From the NCBI GenBank assembly GCA_008690995.1, contig VRMN01000013.1, positions 310,001 through 374,000 on the forward strand: a stretch of 64,000 bases of DNA, read 5' to 3'. The stretch comes from Porphyridium purpureum. Its lineage: Eukaryota. Below the pieces are notes generated by a model. That model worked only from the letters and a program-made list of their open reading frames with translations, did not search any database and was not told the DNA's origin. Position 1 is the first letter of the stretch; each line of letters begins with the position of its first letter. The position numbers and the translations under genes were made by a program. Shown piece after piece: positions 33,001 to 40,735 of the stretch.

Positions 33001-33180
33001 ACAGATTTGGCCTGGTTGCATCAGGTGTGCGAAAAGCAGAAACTTGTGAAACTGGCATTTGTGAAGACGGACGAAAATGTGGCGGACTTAATGACCAAGG
33101 CCTTATTTCCGGAGGGCCACATTAAGTGCTGGGAGAAGTTACGCGTCCCTCAGACCGGAAGGAGGAGCGTGGAATTTTAG
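29968..33180 (+). CDS. Pol (PR-IN-RT-RNase H) in the -1 frame relative to gag; stop codon lies inside the 3' LTR
   Basis: PR: FLIDSGASHNF...DAILGWKWL. IN: HELTH..CETC, DLVE, TDDGNEF, ERFH. RT: KCRLVAGG, LYGLPRSG, YVDD. RNase H: DADFAG, ESEL, CDN, ADLMTK. The frame is open from 29917 and the first ATG is at 30016. Confidence 0.95.
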   Translation, partial: GKLRPREPRQEEISRGMEPPVMGVVEGVAHEGARSRLFYKHGKVSGSKIDFLIDSGASHNFLGSRFLDASVKSSCDECMVELAGGQRMKVHGPIVLAVDLGFWIGNVEFYIGPIRMDAILGWKWLKMVNPKIDWQKGLMETRPEGKEICTLENVEEVVPELDGKNQSVAASEHELTHMPMQRDCETCVVAKIKRRPARRLEKDVSALSFNDEVGIDLVEPGRNVKSVDGSKFILTHIDRATGWVTLAGLRAKTHTAVADAWKSVQAGRGWPKVLRTDDGNEFKGDVGRLVREHLIKHEVGIPYRPNSHAEQERFHHTLNQGIRANLVQAGLGKRWFMHAAQHFAFMTNRLHVGRKSGKTPFELRHGEKWSPRNLSLPFGCKVVYKDDQPDNKYAPRGKVGILVGVGEHPMAILVLPRDDWTSETPKVIRTQDFKAFTHEFPLKGIEREMVSLSQQEELPEVDEPSAVEAVQDLDRRIDALRAREAELEKEIEALKVRVVDEERAAGTGGPVTIPQLNLTTLLKTGAALASEQGRAAMEKEVKSMLKFGVWDESPLTLEEARRQPGARFVRTHFIFGLKFAEMPEEFRKVKCRLVAGGNRIWGSDGAATNDIFDYETPAGLSAIRMIIAVAAILGLQIVSFDISSAYLHADLSGPPTFAYLPREICDSKDTVVRLRKALYGLPRSGSDFSQDARRRLQKFQWKLVHGEKNVYVRRNAASSSVALLALYVDDGLLACREEERPGIIEELKQEFLIEKAPELLTEGGSLRFLGTSISLKNGSVSLANQEYQDVVIREFEQDIRRVLRAVKSPSEKLDGEEVLNYQVIWKTLKVREHVGRLMWLARTVRPDIAYAVGMIARYVDKWNVAAERLLVRVVQYLKTPREALEYHVLGNLKEGIRGVNILGYTDADFAGCPESRVSTSGRATYLVAGDYKYLVDWSSRKQRFVSSSTSESELAALEETVQLSLFPALSFLRSIRDGEFSVILMCDNQAVMRAIEMGYSPKLHHMAITRATDLAWLHQVCEKQKLVKLAFVKTDENVADLMTKALFPEGHIKCWEKLRVPQTGRRSVEF
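33157..33167 (+). promoter_or_regulatory. Polypurine tract GGAAGGAGGAG
   Basis: Directly 5' of the 3' LTR. Confidence 0.9.
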
Positions 33181-33964
33181 GGTTCCGCCCCGAGAGACGC
33201 CGTAGGGTTTTGAGTACAAAACCCTAGAAAGTTCTATGATGAAAGATTGTTCGAGAAGCGTGATGATCTCGGACCTGCGAAATGTTTGTCATTGTCGTTT
33301 TGTGTGGCCTTGTGCAAAGGTCAAAGGCCGGCCGAAGCTTCTGGATTCGTTCTTGACGCGCCCTCCCGGCCATTTTCCGGATACGTGGCCGGCTGTGGTT
33401 GCGAGTTGTGGAACGAATCAAAACCTGTGGTGGAAATTCGTCCTGTTGGAGAAATTTGTTCTCCCGTCCTTGCTGGAAAGAGCAAGGACGAAGGGTATAA
33501 AAGGACGAAGGGGCAAGCTGGTTCCCAGGAATTTCCAGGTCAAGGTAGAAGAAGAGGTAAGGGCAAATAGAATAAAAAGAGAATTGGTTAGTTGGATTGA
33601 GGCAGTCGTTGGAAGACTTGGGTTGGATTTGCGGGAGAGGCACGCTAGCGTGTTGTGCGAGCGGATATCGGTCTGGAGTGTTTTTAAAAAGGCAGCTGGG
33701 GTTTAAACGTACCTTCCATCACCCTTCACTTGTCAAGACCGGTCCACTCCCTCTCGTAGTCCCCTATAAGTTGAATTTTCTGTCCTCTCTTCCTTTCTAG
33801 CCACTTTTCTCTGATTGTCCTGCTTGTCCTTCCGTTCGTTTCGGTGTGTCGGTTCGTCGTCGGTTTGTCAGTTTCCGGGGTGTGGCGGTTTCCAGTTCCT
33901 GTTATCGGTGAAGCGATCCGGTTTTGTTGATTCGGTTACAAAGCAGAAAGGGAGAAATTCCAAG
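33168..33964 (+). repeat. 3' LTR (797 bp)
   Basis: Direct repeat of 28204-29000, directly after the PPT. Confidence 0.97.
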
Positions 33965-34153
33965 CTTTTAATCCATGACAAAGGGTACACTAGGATGTAT
34001 TAAAAAAAGAGTTTAAAAAAGAAGGAATAATTAATGCGGTGGATGGGAGTTTGAGCGGGTGCGCCACGAGCGGGACAAGGGGTGGTGCGCGAGGGGGGAT
34101 GGGGTGGAGTGGGCCGTGGCCATGGCGCGGTGGGCTGGTTGAAAGCGGCTGGT

Positions 34154-35080
34154 TTAGCGCTGTAGCACGTGCACTCGGTCTGGGGCAGCGGCTGCTGCGC
34201 GGTCCACGTCAATGCTGGTGATAAGGAGACCCGCTTCGGAGCGGCCCAGGTGGTTGACCAGCCGCCGCCGCTCGAGGTCGATCACCGCGCTGCCGCCGGC
34301 AAACTGGCTGCCGCGCTCCAGGCCCGTGCGGTTTGCGGCCACAAAGTGGCACGGCGCACCGAGCAGCGGTTCAAGTCGCCAGCCCCAGTAGTTGTGCAAC
34401 TGTTCGAGCGCTTGCTGCTCTGCATGAGCAGCGGCCGCGGGCGTGCTTGCCTCGTGGTCGCCATCCTCGTCTGCTGGCTTTGGTGATTGGAGCCACGCAG
34501 TCGACAGAATCAGCAGCGCGGCCTTCTGGTCTCTGCAAAAGGACGCCAGCGCAAACGTGTCGCGCTCAAAGTCAAAGTCTTCGCAGTTGAGGTCCATGCA
34601 GATGCCGAACACCACGCGGCATCCGCGCAGCTCGACGACATGGAAACCAGTGCCTGGTTTTGCCCACGCCTTGTCTGTGACATACAAAAACGTCTTTCTA
34701 TAGTTCAGCCGCAGCTTGCCGTGCTCGTCCAGCACGTACAGCGAGTTGTAAAAGTCGCCCTGGGCATCCACTTCAGCGTAGCCGGCGACCACGCAGCAGC
34801 GAAGTCTGAGCGCCTGCGCGCGGCAAAACCGATACGTAGGCCCAGCAGGCGGCCGACTGTTCTCGCCAGGCTCACCGTCTTCACCACCACCTGCATATTC
34901 CACAAACGGCCGGATTTCTTCCTTGCTGTGGAACACGTACCCAGCGAACGCCATTTCGGGCAGCACCAGAAAGTCGAGCTCGCCCGGCCGCAAGTGCGAC
35001 ACCATGGCTTCCACGGCAAGAACATTCTTCTCCAGCTCGCCCCATACTGGCGTATACTGCACGCAAGCAATTCTCACCAT
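34154..35080 (-). CDS. NTA1: Nitrilase-superfamily protein N-terminal amidase (NTA1-like)
   Basis: RIACVQ, LVLPEMAFAGY, FYNS, YRKTFLYVTD, GICMDLN and ANRTG.E give the E-K-C triad in the NTA1-type context. Confidence 0.8.
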   Translation of the reverse strand: MVRIACVQYTPVWGELEKNVLAVEAMVSHLRPGELDFLVLPEMAFAGYVFHSKEEIRPFVEYAGGGEDGEPGENSRPPAGPTYRFCRAQALRLRCCVVAGYAEVDAQGDFYNSLYVLDEHGKLRLNYRKTFLYVTDKAWAKPGTGFHVVELRGCRVVFGICMDLNCEDFDFERDTFALASFCRDQKAALLILSTAWLQSPKPADEDGDHEASTPAAAAHAEQQALEQLHNYWGWRLEPLLGAPCHFVAANRTGLERGSQFAGGSAVIDLERRRLVNHLGRSEAGLLITSIDVDRAAAAAPDRVHVLQR

Positions 35081-35236
35081 ACTGCCCCCACCCACAAGAC
35101 ATGCGCTTCTGCTGCGGACCACGCACAACCTGGTTTGACGTTCACGCGCATCGCAACTTTCCTTTTATACACGCACCGACGACATATCGACGGGAAACGG
35201 GACAAAAGAAATACCCGCCCGGCGGTGTGCGACGCC

Positions 35237-36949
35237 ATGCCCGAGCTTGCGGCACACACCACCACTCCTGGCGATGATGCAAGCGCCGTTCGTGATGCGG
35301 AGCGGAAACGCGCCGCCGAGCGCGAGGCGAAGAAGGCACGGCACAAAAGGCGCAAAAAGGAGTTGGGAGAGGAGGAGTACAGACGCCTGAAAAGTGAGAA
35401 GCAGAAGCGGAAACAGGCGCGGAAAGAACGACAGACGCGCCAGGCAGGCGGCAAAGCAAGAGAGGCGGATGTCGCGGCTTTGGAAACGACGCACGATGCC
35501 TACGCGGCCCAAACTGCGCCGCCGCAAGTTAAAAGTGGGGTTAACATGGAGCCTGGTGTTGCGCGAGAGTCTCGTGCCCTCACCATGGATGGAGAATCGG
35601 GCGCAAAGCCGGGCGCAAAAGTGGTTACAGCAGTGGCCGCAGACGCACAGGTACGACCGCGTGAGGGACCGCAAGAACAGCCGCGAATAGAGTCAGAAAC
35701 AGAGTCACACACAGATCCGCAGCTGCTAGCGACGCACCAGTCAAAGCCACGGACAAAGCAAAAGACAGCCATTCGGACAGCAAACATGCTAGTTTACAGA
35801 AACCCGCTGCCCGTGGATGAAGTGAGCTTCTTCTTCGAGCACGACGCAGATTTCACGACGATGTGTTCCAAAGCGCAGGACATTGCGACCATGTCCGAAA
35901 AGCGCACCTACAAGTGGCATGAGGAGCACAAGCACGAGTTTCTTTCCGGCCCATTCACGTCCAGCGAACGCCGGCAGCTGTGGATGGCGATGGCGGCAAC
36001 AGCGCGCGCGCATAGCATGCAGTGCAGCGCGCCAGAGCACCTTCAGATTATCGCACAGTCGCGGCCGCGCCTGTACCCGGCCGGGTTTTGGTTGCGCGTT
36101 GCCGACTTGATGCCTCAGCGCTCAGTGCAGTCCGTTCTTGCGCAGGCGGGGAATCTGCTGAGCAAGGTGGGCGAGAAGCGCGGGCCGTGGAGCGAAGAAG
36201 AGGACGCACAGCTTTACTTTATGCTGGGCGCCACGCCTGACGAAAAGAACGACAAGTTTAAATGGCAGAAGATTGGCGATGAGCTCGGCCGCAGCCGCAG
36301 CGCGTGTCGAGAGCGCTACCGCGCACTCGAGGCTCGGAAAGAACACGAGCGCAAGGACATTGCCAACGGCTCTCTGGGCCCCTCGGAGGTGCAGCTTGTC
36401 ATGAATCGCGTCGCCCGGCTGGGCTTCCTGCATGAGCTCGCCCAAAGACCATTGATTCCGTGGCAGGAGGTGGCTCGTGGCGTGCCGCACCGCACGGCGA
36501 GGCAATGTCAAGCGGCGTGGGTGATTGAGGTTGAGCAGCGGGGCAGGAACCACAAGTCATTTTCGCAAATCAGCGGGACTGACCTTGGGCTCATTCGCAA
36601 GCTCAAGGCACTTCCAAGCAACTGCGTGCGCTTGTCTCAGATTCCGTGGGATCAGCTTGTACCGGGACTAGATCCAAGCCGCGCGCGCGCGCGATTCCGC
36701 ACGCTCAGTCGCTTTTACATCCCGGAAATCAAGACGTGCCCGCGCGCAGAGCGTGAGGAAAAGTTTCCGTGGCGCGAACGCGTCCGCGTGATCGAGGCAA
36801 ACATCGCGCAAGTTGTGGAGCGCACGGATCGCAGAAAAGTACGCAGATACAAAGTCAACGTACCGCCGAGCATGCAGTCTCTACTTGAGGTTGACTCTGG
36901 ATGCACCGGGGACGCCGGACAGAGTGTGACGCCTGCAGAGTCGAAATGA
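35237..36949 (+). CDS. Myb/SANT-repeat DNA-binding protein (Reb1/TTF-I/DMTF1-like)
   Basis: GPFTSSE, FWLRVADLMPQRS, KRGPWSEEEDAQL...KWQKIGDELGRSRSACRERY and IPWQEVA...RTARQC; Lys-rich N-terminus. Confidence 0.8.
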   Translation: MPELAAHTTTPGDDASAVRDAERKRAAEREAKKARHKRRKKELGEEEYRRLKSEKQKRKQARKERQTRQAGGKAREADVAALETTHDAYAAQTAPPQVKSGVNMEPGVARESRALTMDGESGAKPGAKVVTAVAADAQVRPREGPQEQPRIESETESHTDPQLLATHQSKPRTKQKTAIRTANMLVYRNPLPVDEVSFFFEHDADFTTMCSKAQDIATMSEKRTYKWHEEHKHEFLSGPFTSSERRQLWMAMAATARAHSMQCSAPEHLQIIAQSRPRLYPAGFWLRVADLMPQRSVQSVLAQAGNLLSKVGEKRGPWSEEEDAQLYFMLGATPDEKNDKFKWQKIGDELGRSRSACRERYRALEARKEHERKDIANGSLGPSEVQLVMNRVARLGFLHELAQRPLIPWQEVARGVPHRTARQCQAAWVIEVEQRGRNHKSFSQISGTDLGLIRKLKALPSNCVRLSQIPWDQLVPGLDPSRARARFRTLSRFYIPEIKTCPRAEREEKFPWRERVRVIEANIAQVVERTDRRKVRRYKVNVPPSMQSLLEVDSGCTGDAGQSVTPAESK

Positions 36950-37549
36950 GGCGTCCAAACGGGCGGGCATTGCGCGGATGAGGCGCGAGCTGATAAACGA
37001 GCGAGGGATGATTTTCGCTGCGATTGAGTAGGACGTTTCTTGATCTTTCAGACCATGTCATTCAGGTCTCGTGGTCACGACCGGAGCCTCATGGCCGAGA
37101 CCACCTGTGTCAACGACAATAAACGAGTGCAGGGACTTCAAGTCGGGTTGGTGCTACAGAAACCGTGTCGAGCGGCGCGCGCATGCCCGTATGCAGCTGC
37201 ACGCGACAGAAAGCCCAGTCGCGCATCCGCCCTCGAATCGTCTGTCTATGCAAGTGCAAGTGGATCCAGACACACGTTCCATGCCACCCAGGTGGTGCCA
37301 CGGCATGCATGTAATCCGGATTCGCTCTTGTCCTGCGGCTACTAATCGCTGAAGCCCACCAAAGTGAGTGACGCCGCGATTCTGATCTTTTTTGAGTGGT
37401 GCGGCGCTGGCGGGGAAAGGGAAAAGTAGACGCGGAGGGACCCAGTCGTCAGGGCGCTTGGTAGGTTAGAGAAATCGATCTGGCAGACCGTCAAGTCGTA
37501 GGATTCTGAGCCTTTGCGACACACCGCACCGCAGGCGACAGGCGCAAGT

Positions 37550-39181
37550 ATGGCGGACGACGCGTCGTCAGAAATGACGGCCGAGCAGAAGAAGGCCATG
37601 CGCGACGAGAAGAAGAAGCAAAAAGAGGCAGAGAAGGCGGCCAAGGAGGCGCGAAAGCGGGAAGAGCAGGAGGCACTGAAGCGCAAGCAGGATGAACTGG
37701 AAGCGCTCAGCAAGGACATTGAGTTTCTCAGCGTCGAGGAAGGGCACCAACCCACGCAGCTTTTTGGTACGTACAAGGTGATCCGGTCGGCGTGCGCTTC
37801 TACCGGTTCGGGCCGCACGTTCACGCCGATCGAGTCGCTGGGTACATCGCTCGAAGGCCAGCACGTGTGGTGCCGAGCCCGCGTTGCCAACGTGCGCGGC
37901 AAGGGAAAGGCGGCGTTTCTAGTGCTGCGACAGATGCGCGGCACCGCACAGGCGCTTGTCGAGGAATCTGACATCGTACCCCGCGACATGATCAAGTGGA
38001 TCTCCAAGGAGATCACGGCTGAGTCCATTGTGGACGTCTTTGGACTTGTCAAGCTTGCTGAAGTCAAGTCGTGCACAGTGTCGGATGTGGAGTTGTTCGT
38101 TAGCCGGCTGTACCTGGTCAGCAAGGCGGACCCCTTGCCGTTCTTGCTCGAGGACGCTGCTCGACCGGCGCACGTGGACGGTGCGCACGTGCTTCGTGAC
38201 ACGCGCCTGGACAACCGCGCGATCGACCTGCGCGTGCCGGCGCACAAGGCGATCATGCGCGTCCAAGGTGGCGTGTGCGCGCTGTTCCGGGAGCACCTAT
38301 CGGCCAAGAGCTTTATCGAGATCCACTCGCCGAAGCTGATCAGTGGCGCGAGCGAAGGGGGTGCCAATGTGTTCCAGCTCGATTACTTTGGCCTTCCGGC
38401 GTGCCTCGCGCAGAGCCCGCAGCTCTACAAGCAGATGGCAATCTGTGCCGACTTTGAACGTGTATTCGAGATTGGGCACGTTTTCCGTGCCGAAAAGTCA
38501 AACACGCATCGGCACCTGACTGAGTTTATCGGGCTCGATATTGAGATGCAGATTGACGAGCACTACATGGAGGTCATGCGCACGCTGGACCACATGTTTG
38601 TGGCAATCTTTGACGGGCTTACGCAGCACTTCCGCGCCGACCTGGACACGGTCGCCGCGCAGTACCCGTTCGAGCCGTTGCGCTACAAGCCGGCAGGCGA
38701 GAACATCATTCTCGAGTTTCCGGAGGGTGTTCGGCTGTTGCGCGAGGCAGGCTACGAGATCGGTGACCACGACGACATGAACACGGAGCTGGAGCGTGCG
38801 CTGGGCAGCATTGTGAAGGAAAAGTACGACACTGACTTTTTCATACTATGCTCGTTCCCGTCTGCTGTGCGCCCCTTCTACACGATGCCGTCGCCCACAA
38901 ACCCAGACTACAGCAACTCATTCGACGTGTTCATTCGCGGCGAGGAAATTGTGTCTGGCGCGCAGCGTATTCACGTGCCCGAAATGCTTATCGAGCGCGC
39001 GAAAGGATGCGGCATTGACCTGGACACGATCAAAGACTACGTTGATGCGTTCCGCTACGGTGCGCCCCCGCATGGAGGCGCCGGCGTGGGGCTCGAGCGC
39101 GTGGTCATGTTGTACCTCGCATTGCCGAATGTGCGGGAGTGCTGTCTGTTTGCACGCGACCCGAAGCGGCTGACGCCGTAG
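37550..39181 (+). CDS. DARS1: Cytosolic aspartyl-tRNA synthetase
   Basis: OB-fold, RLDNRAIDLR, SEGGANVF, LAQSPQLYKQ, FRAEKSNTHRHLTEF, EEIVSGAQRIH, PPHGGAGVGLER and RDPKRL. Confidence 0.97.
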   Translation: MADDASSEMTAEQKKAMRDEKKKQKEAEKAAKEARKREEQEALKRKQDELEALSKDIEFLSVEEGHQPTQLFGTYKVIRSACASTGSGRTFTPIESLGTSLEGQHVWCRARVANVRGKGKAAFLVLRQMRGTAQALVEESDIVPRDMIKWISKEITAESIVDVFGLVKLAEVKSCTVSDVELFVSRLYLVSKADPLPFLLEDAARPAHVDGAHVLRDTRLDNRAIDLRVPAHKAIMRVQGGVCALFREHLSAKSFIEIHSPKLISGASEGGANVFQLDYFGLPACLAQSPQLYKQMAICADFERVFEIGHVFRAEKSNTHRHLTEFIGLDIEMQIDEHYMEVMRTLDHMFVAIFDGLTQHFRADLDTVAAQYPFEPLRYKPAGENIILEFPEGVRLLREAGYEIGDHDDMNTELERALGSIVKEKYDTDFFILCSFPSAVRPFYTMPSPTNPDYSNSFDVFIRGEEIVSGAQRIHVPEMLIERAKGCGIDLDTIKDYVDAFRYGAPPHGGAGVGLERVVMLYLALPNVRECCLFARDPKRLTP

Positions 39182-40735
39182 ACTTGGCGTCTGCCGCTAG
39201 GAAGCCTGTGTGCGTTGTTCTGCACCGCCTCTAGTCGATACTATCCATTCTAGTTTAGAACAAACGGTCCGCGTGACTTTCTTTTCCTTCGGATCACGAC
39301 TTCCCCTCCTCTTCCACACCAACGCAACGTCACAAAACGCAGAAACAAGACCGACGACTCGCGTCTCGTGGTGTGGAACCACTTTTTTTCCGTTTCCCTT
39401 CTCGACCGCGTGTGCGCTGCACGCGCCTCAAAGCACGCTCCACCAGGTCACACGAAAGAAGGAGGGTGCATATTCGAGTCGCAGTGCGTCGCGCAAGGTA
39501 CGGCAAAACGTGGCAGAGTGGCCGGTGGGCTCCATTTTGTTTATTATCGAGTTGTGCTCTCCGCGAATGGCCGGCGCGTTCGCGTGGAAGTACGACTGAT
39601 TTGGCTCCAGCTCGAAACAAGCAGACCTTGCGCTGGCAGGACCTATATGGACTTTCACGAACCTGTATGACACGGTTCCACAACCGCCGCGCCGCGCCGC
39701 GCCGTGCCGCACGGCGTTCCACAGGGCGCAAGCAGACGCCGCGCGCCGGAATCCCGGTTGCGTGTACCCTGCACTCAGCAGCCGTTTTCCGGCCGACGGC
39801 TTACATTCACCGGCACGCGGCCCACAATTTTCGGCACGCGCTGAACGCACGCAAACACGCAAACACGCAAACACGCAAACGGCTTTTTGTTCCGTCCTGT
39901 TTCTCATGTGTTTCCGCGTGGCGTCGTCGACAGCTGTAATGCGAGTGCGAAGAAAAAGGTTGGTCGGACAACCTAGTCGCTTGTCATGATGCCCATGCGC
40001 GCGCGCTCGAGCGCCCGTTTAAGTGTGATTTATTGATTGCTGTGCTCACATCGCTCTGTCTCTCTTTCTCTCTCTCCTTCTCCGTCCTACTCACACTCCC
40101 CGCGCACTTTCTGTCGGTTAACCAGGACGGAACACCGCGCTAGGGTTACGCGAGTTTATACTAAAACACCCGCGTTTTGATAGTGTCCACCGCGCGCCAG
40201 CCGCTAACCGACTTGCGCAGCGGCAGCGCGCTGCGGCCATTGAATCGGCGTGCGGCTGCCGCTGAGGTCACGCGCCAGGCGCCAGACGCTGCCAGGTGAG
40301 TTGGAGCGGTGAGAAGCGCGGCTGCTTGCATCGCGCGCGGACGGTCACACACACGCGCCGCAAGGAGGTTGTGCGCTGCGAGGCGTCGTAGCACGCGCGG
40401 ACGGAGAGGAGAATTGAAGTGGCAGCGGCGGCTAGAAGGAAGCGGCGGGATTGATGTGCCGTCCTGCGCGTGTCGCGACACAAACGGACAGTGGCGGTTC
40501 GGCTTCGCACGAGCGGAACCGCGCGCGGGCTGACGGCACCAAGCGTGTTGAGCGGCGAGCGGCGCATGAGGGAGTGGGCGCGAAGCAACGACGCGCACAG
40601 CGGGCACCAAGGAGTGGAAGTAGGTCCCTTTAACCTTCCCCGTGCTTCGACGTAACGAAGAATTTCAGAGACGAGCGTGTGCGAAGGTCTTCGCACAGTC
40701 GGACGCGCGGAGCGTGAGCCGCTTCTCGCCTCGGG

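Larger units (their letters stand above)
28204..33964 (+). mobile_element. Full-length young LTR retrotransposon, copia domain order with gypsy-type gag/PR; TSD CTTTT
   Basis: Two 797-bp LTRs, PBS, gag, pol and PPT. CTTTT at 28199-28203 and 33965-33969. Confidence 0.97.
27404..33977 (-). mobile_element. Solo LTR (~808 bp; 27404-28203 plus 33970-33977) of a related family, interrupted by the intact element; TSD ACAAA
   Basis: With the inner element removed, the minus strand starts CA-TGGATTAAAAGTGTTCCGGTCCGAGAGACGCC, in gapless register with CG-TGGAATTTTAGGGTTCCGCCCCGAGAGACGCC. It ends GAGAATTTAAAG (cf. GAGAAATTCCAAG). It has a TATATAA (~27873-27879) and an AATAAA. ACAAA is found at 27399-27403 and 33978-33982. 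Confidence 0.8.

Noticed and set aside
28206..33962. Canonical TG...CA element boundaries
   Set aside because: The flanks TTTCG/AGCTT give no TSD. The LTR identity and a perfect TSD both extend 2 nt further out.
34487..35236. N-terminal extension of the Myb ORF overlapping NTA1
   Set aside because: It starts at a non-ATG codon and is antisense to a real gene. ATG 35237 gives a normal divergent gene pair.
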